Source of the DNA: Octopus vulgaris
Lineage: Eukaryota
DNA: 64,000 bases
Assembly: GCA_951406725.2 (NCBI GenBank)
Contig: OX597815.1
Coordinates: 50,282,001-50,346,000, forward strand
Direction: 5' to 3'
Every line of letters begins with the position of its first letter. Within the stretch, counting starts at the first letter, position 1. The position numbers and the translations under genes are program-made. Below are positions 26,940 through 38,900 of the stretch, one piece after another. The notes under the pieces were generated by a model. The model was not told the origin of the DNA. It did not search any database and saw only the letters and a list, made by a program, of their open reading frames with translations.

Positions 26940-27125
26940 AAATAACTCTGTTCTATATTTAAGAGATGAGGAATTATGTACATTATTTACATTCGACGGA
27001 TATTTGTCCTCATCTTGTTTGTTGTTAACACAACGTTTCGGCTGATATACTCTCCAGTCATCTTCAGGTGTCTTGGGGAAATTTCGAACCTGGGTTCTCA
27101 TTTCTAAGGTAATTTTTCCCATCCA
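26940..27125 (-). mobile_element. Penelope-like pseudo-LTR fragment
   Basis: Carries the CTGANGA...GAAACG hammerhead signature typical of Penelope-like element pLTRs. Confidence 0.65.
27027..27072 (-). ncRNA. Minimal type I hammerhead ribozyme motif
   Basis: Minus strand reads gacac-CTGAAGA-t-gactg-gagagtatat-cagcc-GAAA-C-GTT-gtgtt. Stem I is gacac/gtgtt. Stem II is gactg/cagcc with one mismatch. Stem III is the loopless palindrome ACGT. Cleavage triplet GUU. Confidence 0.7.
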
Positions 27126-27304
27126 CATCTTTACCATATGGGGCCCTAACAAAATCCGATAATAGGTATGGATGCAAATCTGTCTAATTACTTGTCCCCT
27201 TCTAAAATCAGGCATAATTTGGCGATCGGTCGACTTACAAAACCGTTCTTCGTCTTGAGTTTACTTGATAGAGTGTATTTTTAACTTGACAACACGGTCA
27301 AGGT

Positions 27305-27571
27305 GAGCTCTGATTGGCTGTATGCAAATGAGTTCATTATTGGGGTCCGGAACTCTCGTGGGAAAAAATTTTACTCCCCGGGCAGGATACGCTCTATCTA
27401 CGACAAATCTTCCATCGAGATTGTAAACACGACTTGTGTTCTTCCCTCACTACTCGTATTTGGCCGTGATGACCCAAAAGAGCCTGATTAAACCTGTGAG
27501 GCTGGTAGAGACGTAGGAAAACACAAGCTTGCTCGTCTACAGATTATTTTTTTAATGCTCGGAAATTACTG
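27305..27571 (+). promoter_or_regulatory. Putative Pol II promoter (inverted CCAAT box plus octamer) and non-coding first exon
   Basis: ctgattggct at 27310-27319 is followed 2 bp later by atgcaaat (27322-27329). Unique CpG-rich sequence downstream ends in the donor-like ctg|gtgagc at 27571/27572. Confidence 0.45.
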
Positions 27572-30033
27572 GTGAGCACTTTATTAATGGTCCGTCTTGC
27601 GTATGTTTATATCTCTTCTCGTCTTCAAAATCATAAGTAGAAAAAGAATAATTTGCCGTCTGAAATAATAATCTAAATGACAGTATTTGGTCGTCATGCA
27701 TATACAGAGAGTAACCTTACATTAAGGAGAAGAACCTGCAATTTCCTGTAATTCAGACTGCCGCATGGTCCCAGAGGCGTTGTCTCGAAGGATACCGACA
27801 GATGCGCTAGAACAACCACTCTTACTCACAGAACTCGCACTTGCAGACAGCCATACCGATAGCGGTAAGCAGGAATATGGTCCGGGGACCAAGAAAGCTG
27901 GAAGCCTCCACTGTCACAAGCTTGATCATTTTTTAAGATATTTGCTCTTTTTGCCCTTCTCGTCTAATGCAACTAGATTTTATTGATGTCTAAAAATTGC
28001 CTATACCCAGCAGTAATGTGTGAATGTAGATAAGTTGTTGCGTTTGCAGATGGTGTTGCTCAAAAGTTTTTCTAAAAATGTTCTCGCGACTGTTAATGTC
28101 TATTGTGAACCACATTGCATAACTTTCTTCATTTTCATTTTCAATTTATTTTGTGGTTGTGTTTCTTGCTTACATTACCATATTTCTGTAGGAAAAAAAA
28201 ACATTGCGCAATTAATTTTGGAAATAATGAAGAATTTATTAAAATAACTTCAATATTATTAAACTGATGCTTGGGACAGAAATTAGCATGAAATTACGAG
28301 GGTAAGTATGAATTTAAATCACTCTAGAATAAAGTTTATAGCATAGAACAAGGGTGGCCTCTGGCAAGTTGGCACCAGAAGAGTAGATTTACTTTGAGGT
28401 GGCGTTGCCCCCGGTCTCATTCGCTAAACACAGCAAATTTATATTTAAAACTTCTAAAATTCACCAATCTTTAATTCTCTCCCAATAGAAGAAACATATC
28501 CATAAAACGTTCCAAATGGTTTCTCCTTCAGTTAAACTTGTTAAAAAAAAGTCGCAAGTCTTTCTACGTCAGTGTCGGAGATTAATAACAATAATCGTTT
28601 CAAATTTTGGCAAAAAAAAAAACCCCAGCAATTTAAACAGGAATTTTAATCGATCTCAATTCTTCATTTTATTTATTCTGAAAGGATGAAAGGCAAAATT
28701 AGCTTCGGTGGGATTTGACTTCAGAAAGTAAAAAGCCGGAAGAAATGCCACTATGCATTATGTCCGACGCACTAACGAAGAAGAAAAAGAATGTTGGGAT
28801 GCTCACCCGCACACACACTCATTTGTGTTGATTCACTGAGAAGTGATAGGTTACAGAACTCAAAACGTATATATTTGTGTGTATGTGTGTGTGCACTTAT
28901 GTAAATTTATAAAGTATTGCGTTCTGTAGTCACTTTTGAAAATACTTCGTATACCATGAAAAATACCGTTTTAGAACCAAAATGTTTTCTGATTTAGGCA
29001 CAAGGAGCAAAACTTTGGTTGGGAATCAGTTGATATTATTTACATCAATATTTGACTGGTACCTTATTTTTATCGGTCAAGAAAGGATGAAAGACAAAGT
29101 TCACCCTTGCAGGATTTGAACTCAGTTCGCAAAAGATCCAGAACAAGTATCGCATGATATTTTGTCCGACGTCTAAGAACTCTGCCAATAGAGACACAAA
29201 AGGTCTCTTCCTGCAGCATATTTGCTATTTGTCATTTGACACCTTCCACTTCAACATTTGGTTGAAACCATATAGCAAACTATATTAGCAAGCTATTTTT
29301 TCATTCTGCTGTGATTGACATAACTTATTTCATTAGAAGATTAATTCATTATAATATTGGAATCCGAACTGTATCAAGTTTCGTTCTGTTACGTCAGGAT
29401 TATTCATTAATTTATTTATTTATTATATCTATCTCATGATGCTCTTCAGAGCAAACAAAATATTTCGAAGAATTCTTTATCAAATAAATGAAATATAGTT
29501 ATCAAATCTCAGAATTTCAATTTGTATTCTTTACATATTTCATATCCTTTTGATACTAACCTGCCTAAGACGGTCCCTCGTATTATAATACAACTTTCCT
29601 GTATTAAAGAGATCTACTTTAAAACCCTTCATCAAAATATCATGTTAAACTGTGCTTTACGCAGCAGCTTGATAATTTCAATTAACATATTTTTACCATC
29701 TTCGAGTTCATAAGGTAGCAAGATAGAATTGTTAGCGCATCAGACACAATGCATTTCTTCCGGCTCTTTTCATTCAAATCTCACTGTCGTCAGTTTTTCC
29801 TTTCATCCTTTCAGAGTCGATGAAATAAGGACCAGTTGAGCATTGGGATCGATGTAATTGACTAGCACCCGCTCCCATAATTTAAGTGACTTGTACCAAA
29901 ATTAGAAATTTGTACCAAGGCTGGCAGACTCGTGGATGCTTCAGACAAAATATTTTGTGACGTTTATTCCGACATTTTACGTTCTGATTTCACATTCCGC
30001 TGTGGGCAATTTCGCCTTCATCCCTTCGGTGCC

Positions 30034-30342
30034 AGTGATGTAAAGGAAGAAAAAAGACGAAAGCGAAGAGAGAATTACGGTAGTCTTACCTGTCGGTCCG
30101 GAGAAAAGGTCACTTTCAACATCCACGAGCTGTCCCGATCTCTAAGGTTCACTCCACGACCACGTGCGCTATCCGTTGCTCTGATGTGCTGTTCGCCGCC
30201 GACTGACTCTCGTACTTCACTGAATGCCGCATGTCCACCGCGGCAATTCCGGTGGGATCCACAGGCCCCACTTCCGACAGGACAAGCCTATTCCCTCACT
30301 TCCGATCCTTCCCTACAACACAGCCTGGCTCATAACACCACA
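30034..30342. mobile_element. Solo LTR inserted into a SINE
   Basis: 5-bp TSD gtgcc at 30029-30033 and 30343-30347. Ends agtgatgt...acaccaca (imperfect TG..CA short inverted ends). GC-rich. Splits the SINE core catcccttcggtgcc|gataaaa. Confidence 0.8.
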
Positions 30343-31699
30343 GTGCCGATAAAAGGAAGTTCTAGCCAAGTACTGGGGTTGATGTAACCAACTAATCCTC
30401 TCACCCTAAAACTGTTGGTTTTGTGCTATTATTTGAAACAATTACTTTCGAGTGTAAATATCTACATTTCGCGGCTCAGCAGTGTGTCACAAAGCAACGC
30501 TTGAGACCTACTCTGAATTTAATCCCAGCGGGTTCAACTTTTCTTGTCATCCTCTCTAGATCGATAAATTAATGTTACCAATATTCAGGAGTCGATTCGC
30601 ATTAACCCATCCACATCCTCAATAAATATATCGCCTCGTGAGCCATTGTATTATATTATTATTAAATTAGAATCGTTAAAATAATACGTTTTCCTATAAT
30701 GACTGCAACTAGAGATATTGAATATCGAGGATATAAAACTGAAAGAAGCAAAAGAAGAGCACCAAGAAACAATATATTGATATTGAAGTAATATTTTATC
30801 GTGCACAATTAGAGATTATTCCTTTTTTTTTCTTTAAACACACTCACACGTATATATGTATGTATGTACGTACGTACGTATAGATAACTAGACAGATAGA
30901 TACGTATGAACATAGCTATCTGTCTATTTGTGCGTGTGTGTGTGTGTGCACGTGTGTAACACATATAATTTATAAACAAAACAAAAATTCTTTTTCGCAT
31001 AGTACAATGTTTTAATGCCCACAACTTTGCTTTGAACTGCTTCAATTATTTAAATATATATTTTCTAAAAGCCTAATTCTTCATATTCCTCGTGTTAATT
31101 CTCGTCACACACACACATCGAATTGAAGTGTGATAGTTCGCAATGATGTAGAATAGTTTGAGAAATAAATTAGCCAATCTGGTACGGTTTGGCTGAACTA
31201 TGATTTAAGTGAAACACACACAATGACTATTGGCAGTAAAGCTGTTCGTTTAAACCGATAACGCATTTATAGGAAACGACAACCGATTTGTGGTTAAATG
31301 AGTAACATGGACATCCACTTTTTCCTGTCCCGAATTGATACTAATAATGTCTTAAGATGGCAGCAACAGAATTTTTTGCGAAGGCACAAGGTCATAGATA
31401 TTGGTTTCAAAATTTTGTACAAGACCAGCAATTTTAGGGGTTGAGGTAAGCCAATTACATCGACCCCAGTGCTCAGCTGGTAATTATTTTATTGGCCTCC
31501 GAAAGGATGAAAGGCAAATTTAGCCTGAGAAGAACTTGAACTCAGAATGTAAAGACGGACGAAATATCACTAATCATTTTGTCCGATGTGCTAACGATTC
31601 TGTCGGTCCGTCGCTTTACAAGGTCACAAATATTAGAAGAGTTAGCGCGATTAAATAGACCCAAAAATGAAGGTCGTAGATTACATGTGTCATCCCTCC

Positions 31700-32135
31700 A
31701 TGTATCTATCCACCATGAGGTCCAGTCTTTGTTACGATGGGGTGGCTTGTATGCTGCAGAGCGTTAGATCCTAGTAGGGTCTTCCGTACTAGACATGTCA
31801 AATGATAGAGACCAGACTAATATGGACCATCTCATCCTAGGAATAAAAATCGGTTTGCGTTAGGCCAACACGACTACCAAGAAAAAAAAATTAATAAGGG
31901 TAGTTACAGAAACATCGACGATAATTCAAAATCTGAAAGAGGAAGGACTTCCCTCAGACGAACACGCCAAGCCCTCACCTGGATCCAACAAGGAAGATGG
32001 AAGAAAAGATGCCATAAAATAGCTGGGGCAGGATACTGAGGTAGAGTTGAAAAAGAAAAAAAAAAACAGGGGTTCAACTGAAACCCAGAGTCGAGACCAA
32101 AGGAGAAAATTTGCCAAAAGCTTATACTGCAAAAA
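31700..32135 (+). mobile_element. RTE-type LINE relic (5'UTR-like part joined to the RT C-terminal tail)
   Basis: Translation TRQALTWIQQGRWKKR resembles the RQALxWxPxGxRxRGRP C-terminal motif of RTE-clade ORFs. The upstream segment resembles an RTE 5'UTR. Confidence 0.55.
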
Positions 32136-33244
32136 GAAACAAAGGGTTTAATAAAATTAATGAATTCGTATATCAATAAATATTTCTTCATTGAATTTTT
32201 TTTCCACGAGAGATAAGAAAGAGGTTAAAGACGTGAGGAGCGTTTTAATGTTTGTTACAGTCGAATGTCGAAATGGATAGTACTGTGTGATTAAAGCACC
32301 CAACCGAATAAAGGAAAATGTTGGTAGTTCTATAATGCATCAATGGGTTCTTCAAACTAGTCGGCTGTAATTAACTTGGAAAATGCAGGTTATTCTCCCA
32401 ACCAATAGATTAGTCTGCGACCTTTAGAAAAACTGGTGATTTGAAAAAAAGATGTTAAAATCAGTAGGAGAAAAACAAGACGACAGACTTTATCCAGGAT
32501 CGCATAACGAAGATTCAGTTTTACATTGGGAATTTATAAATGTTCTGACAACCACCAACAATTTGGAACAAATGAGTGATCTAGCTAATGTGCTTCAAAT
32601 TCGCTAGAACCAATCGAGGACGAAGAGATACAGAAAGCTAAATGCGTAACTGTTTGTGAAAAAACTGACGAAATTTTCTGATGTTACTACAAATTCTATG
32701 TTGCACCAAACTTGGGATAAGTATCAGAAAGACACTATTTAACCGATATTAAATGATAAGGTTATTGTTGTTATTTAACGCCAGGTCAGCCGTAACCGGG
32801 CAGATCGATTACCAAGGATATTTCAGTTACAACCATCCAATATTTCTTTTTTGCATTGTGTATCTAGGACTAAATTATTTGAAGTTTCTTTTTTAAGATG
32901 GTAGGATGCAATTTGCGGGAAATATGGTTGATATTTTATAGCATATCTAATGACTCCGTAAAGATTCCCGCTTTGGTACATTAGTGATAGGTTTAAGTAT
33001 GGTATATTCAAACTAAAGTATTTTATTATTGTTGTTTTTGTAGTTGCCGCCGGTACTATTGTTATTAAATTTCCTTAGTGAAATTTAATAAGTAGTATTT
33101 ATTAATTATTAGTAAGTTCGGTTGCCTTGATACTAGCGTTTTTGCCCGAAGGTAACATACCTTTCCACAGAGTATAGAAAGATGAAGGATAATTTCTGTT
33201 TGGCTTCACTTATTGAAATTTTAAAATTAAGTGAAATTTTTCAA

Positions 33245-33300
33245 ATTTGGTGATGTAAATTGGTGATATAATTTGGTGATGTAATTTAGTGATGTAATTT
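33245..33300. repeat. 13-bp minisatellite x4
   Basis: aatttggtgatgt unit repeated about 4 times. Confidence 0.85.
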
Positions 33301-33550
33301 TTCACGCTGAATCCCAGTGCCTAATTCACTTGTTCCAGTAAAGTTTTTTAAAAAGTTACAGAGGTTTAAATTTTGATAATTTTTTACCCAGTCAGAAAGT
33401 AGAATTTGGAAGCTGTCATTTTGTGCGTGAGTGCAATCGTAAGATGAAACAACAATGTCAACATTGCGACAATAGCAAGTGTTTTCAGCATTTAATAAGC
33501 GAAAAATGACAAAAAAAAAGTGGAGAAGAAAGAGTAAACAACACATATTT

Positions 33551-34400
33551 TGTAGTTTTACATTGAAAAACGGCTGTGAGAATGTTCTAATCCATCAATC
33601 ATTTTGTATCACTCCCTTCCGCAGTATATACATTTCCTAGTTCAAGTTGGCTTAAGATTGAATAAAACCTTCGGTCGCTGCATCTTTAACATCGGTACGT
33701 GAGTTCAAATTCCGCCGAGGTCGACTTTGCCTTTCATCCTTTCGAGGTCGATAAATTAAGTACCAGTAACGCACTGGGGTCGATGTAATCGACTTAATAC
33801 CTACGTCTGTCCTTGTTTGTCCCCTCTGTGTTTAGCCCCTTGTGGGTAATAAAGAAATAGGTACTAGTATCGTAGAGTGGTTTGCGCAGACGCGCGTCCG
33901 CGCTAGCCAAACGTAGACAGTCGATCCTACGAGCTGACTGGCGCATGCACGATATATACGATATATACTTGTATCGATATATACGTGTATACGATATATA
34001 CTTGTATCGCACGTCCCCGATTCGCGCGCGCGAATCCATGCAACACACTTTTATTCAGTCTGAAGAACTGTAATGGATCCGAAAATCTTCCAGAAAAAAA
34101 CTTGTTGATAAGCCGTTTGAAGATTACAATTATTAGTGGAAAATGTTACAAGTGTACATCGAGGAAACAAAAATACTAACCGAATAGCATTTAGTTGTAC
34201 TTCTAGTTGACTGCGGCGCTAAAGCTTATCAGGTTGTCGAAGAGTGTACCTCATTCCAGGGAGCCCTCAATTTTCTAAGGAACATTAAGACAGAATCTCG
34301 AACCTGATAAGAAACAGCGACGGCAGCAATAATGAAAGGAAATCCAGAAATGGATCCATTATGTATCGATCAAAATACTGTGAGATACGGAAGAAGGAAA
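33551..34400 (+). mobile_element. Gypsy-type LTR plus gag start, interrupted by a SINE and palindromic filler
   Basis: 33600-33682 and 34036-34265 align to the reverse complement of 38490-38830 (TATA-like gtatata, aataaaacc, then ATG GAT CCG AAA ATC). Confidence 0.65.
33697..33861 (+). mobile_element. 5'-truncated Meta/MESC-like SINE, young
   Basis: Begins at the B-box gagttcaaattccgccgaggtcgac. CpGs intact. Matches 12945-13105. Confidence 0.85.
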
Positions 34401-34862
34401 AACTAACGAGACACAATCCCTTCGATGAAGTGTACTCAAGTAATGGCCGCTGATTAATTCAATGCACCCACCTCTTTACCCTTCGCCAAATGGTATATAA
34501 CCCGAAATGTCAGTACTGTATCTATTTTTTACACCCCTGGGCAAGTTAAACACACGTCTTCAGATTTACTGAGGAGATTTAATGTGTTCCGATATAAGTT
34601 TCTCAGTGGGTGGTGCTAAATTATAGTTTAGTATGAAAACATTAACACATCCCTCTGCCACCTCAAACTTCGTGAGTCATTGGAAGAGGGACAGAGAAAC
34701 TTCATAAAAAAAGGAAAAAAAAACTGGTTAAAAGTCGTGCATTTGATATCACACGCGCAGATACGTGTGCATTTACCTATATTTACAGACTGACAGACAG
34801 ACAGACAGACAGGTAGATAGATAGATAGATAAATAGATATATAGATGTGTGTATGCGTGTGT

Positions 34863-34899
<37 letters not shown>

Positions 34900-35590
34900 G
34901 ATATATATATGTACATACAAAAAACATACAAAACATACAAATGTCTGTATATACAGCGAGAGAATTCGTTATACGAAGTGTCATAAGCTAGCAACCGAGA
35001 CATGCTAAAATAAATATATGGACTATCTATCTATCTATCTATCTATCTATGTCTTTATCCTTTCTATTTATCTATCTGTGCGTGTGTGTGTGTGTAGATA
35101 TACTAGTGCAATTTTGTTTTAAGATGCATTTTATGACTTTTGGTGAAGATCTGAAGACTTTAGACTAAACAAAATTTCGCTGAAATAGATATGTGATTCC
35201 AGTAAAAGTTTATCTAGCAACTAACGTCATCAGTGGATTCTTGAAACTTTGAACTACTATTTATACACGAAGAAATCCATACCCTCGGAGATTACGTTTT
35301 TCTTTTTTAGATTATCGTGCGATAACACATTATACTATCACTTATAATAGACTCGAGGAAACGTCAATGAATGCAATGTGTTGATAGATAGAAAAGGAAA
35401 AGGGCAAAAACAAATAAAATTTTTGAAAAAAATAACGAAAACAAACATGATAGCAGGGTCTTCGTTTGCATGAGCGTGCCTATGTGTTTGTGCGGGAGTA
35501 TTTAAGCCATTATTTAAGAATGTGACTTGTCAAAAGCAATTTAGGAATGGTAAAAAATAATAAAAGAAGAATGATGAAGCAAATTATATA

Positions 35591-36096
35591 CAGTAATGCC
35601 TCGATATACGAGTCAATTTGTTCCCGGAGGCCACTCGTAAACCGAAAACTCGCAATAATTTCCCATAGTAGCAATGTTATAAATCGTATTTCGATACCAG
35701 AAAGAATATTTTACCTGTAAAATTTATAATACTAGTAAATAAATGGCACTAAAAAACAGTAGAATGTAAAGAATGTCAAGATCATTTATAATAAAAAATA
35801 TTATAATCGTTTTCTGAATCATTTTCACTCGCGCTAGACTCGCACACACCATCCTTGTAGACGCGATAGCTGATTCACAAGCATTCGTAGACGGACTTGT
35901 AGATTTCTTTTTAAAAAATAAGTCTAGAGTTGTATCTTAGAAAAATTTTTTTTTTGTTCTCTGTAACACGCAGAAGCATTTGCTATGGTAGTAGAATCTT
36001 TCGTACTTCGTTCAAAATTTGAATCTTGTACTTGAAAGATAAAACTCAAACTCAGGGTCTCGTAAAGCGGGTCCTCCATAAAGTGAGGTATTACTG
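35591..36096. mobile_element. Tigger-like MITE
   Basis: TA TSD; imperfect TIR cagtaatgcctc / gaggtattactg. Confidence 0.75.
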
Positions 36097-36179
36097 TATC
36101 TACGCTTTATAAAAGTCAATGTTTCTTTAAGAAGGTTAAGCACACTGATAACATTGTAACTACTAAATTGTTATATTTT

Positions 36180-36352
36180 TATTCTTTTATTTGTCATTTA
36201 ACTGCAGCCATGCTAGAGCACCATCTTTAGTCGAACAAATCGACTTATTCTATCGGTCTCTTTTGCCGAACCGCTAAGTTACGGGGACGTAAACACACCA
36301 ACATCGGTTGTCAAGCGATGGTGGGGGTACAGACACACACACACACACACAC

Positions 36353-36390
<38 letters not shown>

Positions 36391-36561
36391 GACGAGCTTC
36401 TTTCAGTTTCCGTCTGCCAAATCCATTCACAAGGCCTTGGTCGGCCCGAGACTATAGTAGAAGACACTTGCCCAAGGTGCCATGCAGTGGGACTGAACTC
36501 GGAACCATGTTGTTGGCAAGGAAGCTACTTACCACACAGTCACACATGTGGCACTCCTGCG

Positions 36562-36565
<4 letters not shown>
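36180..36565 (-). mobile_element. Octopus tRNA-derived SINE (microsatellite-containing family)
   Basis: Same family as 5965-6365, with CpGs retained (acggggacgt, catcggtt, ggtcggcccgag). Confidence 0.85.
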
Positions 36566-36601
<36 letters not shown>

Positions 36602-36623
36602 GATGTGTGTGTGTGTATACACA

Positions 36624-37192
36624 CGGGGGTGAGCCGAGAAGTTCATACGCTGACTATGAAGGAGTGACGCTATAGCTGTGGAATCTTGCATACATTCATT
36701 TCAATTCTTATTAATAGTTGCATTGTTTCTTTCCAGATAAATTGATATCTAACAGTTCAAAATAAGACTTCAAAGTAACTAGTAGTGACTTCTTGTGAAG
36801 ATGGACAAAATTTGGTACCGTGGTGTTATTGAGTACCTACAGAAAAGTCGGTTTAGCCTCCGAGGACATCCATGCGGATATGGTCGCTGCATTAAGGAGA
36901 TCACCATCCCTACTCTCTTGATTTACCTCTATATGACTATCATCTGTTCCCCAGCATGAAAGAAACACTTGACTGAGAACCAGTATCACAGTGATGATGA
37001 CGTCATATCTGCTGTTGATGGCTTTTTTGAGCAACAGGATGAAGGCTTCTTCACCAAGGGGATCCAAGCACTGCAATACTGATGGAAGAAGTGTGTGTCC
37101 CGTAAGAGGGCTTAAGATGATAAATAAATCTCATTCGGTCGCATTCCATGAAAGTATGTTGGTCAACCTATGAACTTTTCAGCCGACCCTCG
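36624..37192 (+). mobile_element. Mariner deletion derivative (irritans-like)
   Basis: Imperfect TIR cgggggtgagccgagaagttcata / tatgaacttttcagccgaccctcg. Transposase start MDKIWYRGVIEYLQK is joined to PYSLDLPLYDYHLFPSMK and C-terminal remnants. Confidence 0.85.
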
Positions 37193-37385
37193 TATATATG
37201 AGAGCATTTATATATAGATATATGTGAATGTGTGTGTGTGCGTATATACATATTAGCCATAGGGTTCGTTAGAATCTAGGTGCATCTACAAGTAGGACGC
37301 TACAAATGTAGAGTACCATAACAGGGTTCACATTGAGGTAAAACAACCATGCTGGTAGTATATTGCAGGTATGTAGCTACGAAAG

Positions 37386-37478
<93 letters not shown>
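37386..37478. repeat. (GATA)n microsatellite
   Basis: Long pure GATA tract. Confidence 0.95.
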
Positions 37479-37479
<1 letters not shown>

Positions 37480-37819
37480 ACTGTATTCAGGGAGGGTCGT
37501 AAAAACACATGCACTTGTGGTCAACTTCATTATTTTGTTGATTAGTTTACTAATCAGTTTGTCAGAAATTTCCGTCACACTACTGTGATCTTATCAATGA
37601 TCTATCAATCAGTAACTAATTTTTTTCGTTCTTATGATTAATAGGTTGTCAAGTATGTATGTGGTGACACTTGTGTATGTAATCGTTGTGTTATGGTCTT
37701 GTTTCCGATGTAGACATTTTTATTTTTTTATTTTCATTGACTTTTATTGGTTGCAGTATAAAAACTGGTGAGAGAGAGAGAAAGGGAAAGGCTTGCAATA
37801 AGTTTATTTGTTACCCACA

Positions 37820-38900
37820 TAAATGTCTTATCTGATCCATTATCCAGTAGATACCGTGTGTCATGTGATCGTTTACCTTAACTTTAATGAGTTTTGTTCG
37901 TTCCTCGACGGCCGCCAGCTGTAAAACTGAAGCACAATTATCGTCAGTTGAATTATTTTCGGGATCAGCGTTACCTTCTGTTCTGATCATGGCGACCTTC
38001 AGTTTGAAAGGAATTGGTTTCGTTGTCCAGTTCCTTTTCGACGGCAGATATTACAGGTAGAGTTTTTAGTTGGTCATGTTGATTTTGGGGGAATAGGTTC
38101 ACCACACCAATAGCAGGATTGTTTTCTTGAAGCTGCTAGAACTGGAAGGTATGAAGGATTCATTCTTGTCAAGTTCCTTGCATCCTCGCTGGCCAGTTCA
38201 ATGCTTAAAGCAATTTTTTCCAATGATTCTCGGTCATCTTCGGTAGACTCAAGTAACCATTGATGACTGGTCGATGAATTTATTCATGAAATGAAACCAT
38301 TGTGAATTAGTAAACCATGGCGTTGTTCTGCACGTAGAGACTGTATATGACACTTCCTTGCAAGTTTTTTTTTAGGTCTAATAGTAAGCCTTATATCGAT
38401 TGGTCTTCTGCTTGATTGTAGTTACGTAGTCTGTGTTGAGCCATGACAGAACACGAGTTTTTGATAAACTTTTTATCGAGATAGGCGTCTTCCTGGAACG
38501 AAGTACACTCCTCGACAACTTAATTAGCAAAGAACTAAAAGTACGTCTAAATGCAATTCGGTAAGTAGTTTTGTTTGCTCGATGTACACGTGTAACTTTT
38601 TTTCACAAATAATTGTTAATTTTCTTCTGACGGCTCGTCAACAAATCTTTTTCAAAAGATTTTCAGTTTCATTACCGTTCTGAAGAGTGAATAAAAGCAT
38701 ATTGTATGTGGACGCGGAATGTGCGGCGACCAAAGGTTTTATTCGATCTTAAGAAATTAAGAACGAATTTAAGCCGACTTAAATTAGTTGGGAAATTTAT
38801 ATACTGTGGAAGGAAGTGATACAGAATGAAGACCGGAAGTACAAGATCGCAGTGAGTGGCGGATTAGAAACGGGGTTACAACACTGTTTTCTACAATACA
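37820..38900 (-). mobile_element. Gypsy-type LTR-gag-protease relic
   Basis: Minus strand shows an LTR with tatataaat and aataaa at ~38700-38900, decayed zinc knuckles SCYWCGEP...TKNSTCNICRRKG at ~38033-38125, and protease-like LIKVKVNDH...YLLDNGS at ~37830-37892. Confidence 0.75.

Noticed and set aside
29932-30387. Longest ORF (151 aa) as a gene
   Set aside because: It is chimeric SINE plus solo-LTR sequence, starts at GTG, and has no protein motif.
38805-38880. ETS-like ccggaagt motifs as a host housekeeping promoter
   Set aside because: They lie inside the LTR of the minus-strand Gypsy relic.
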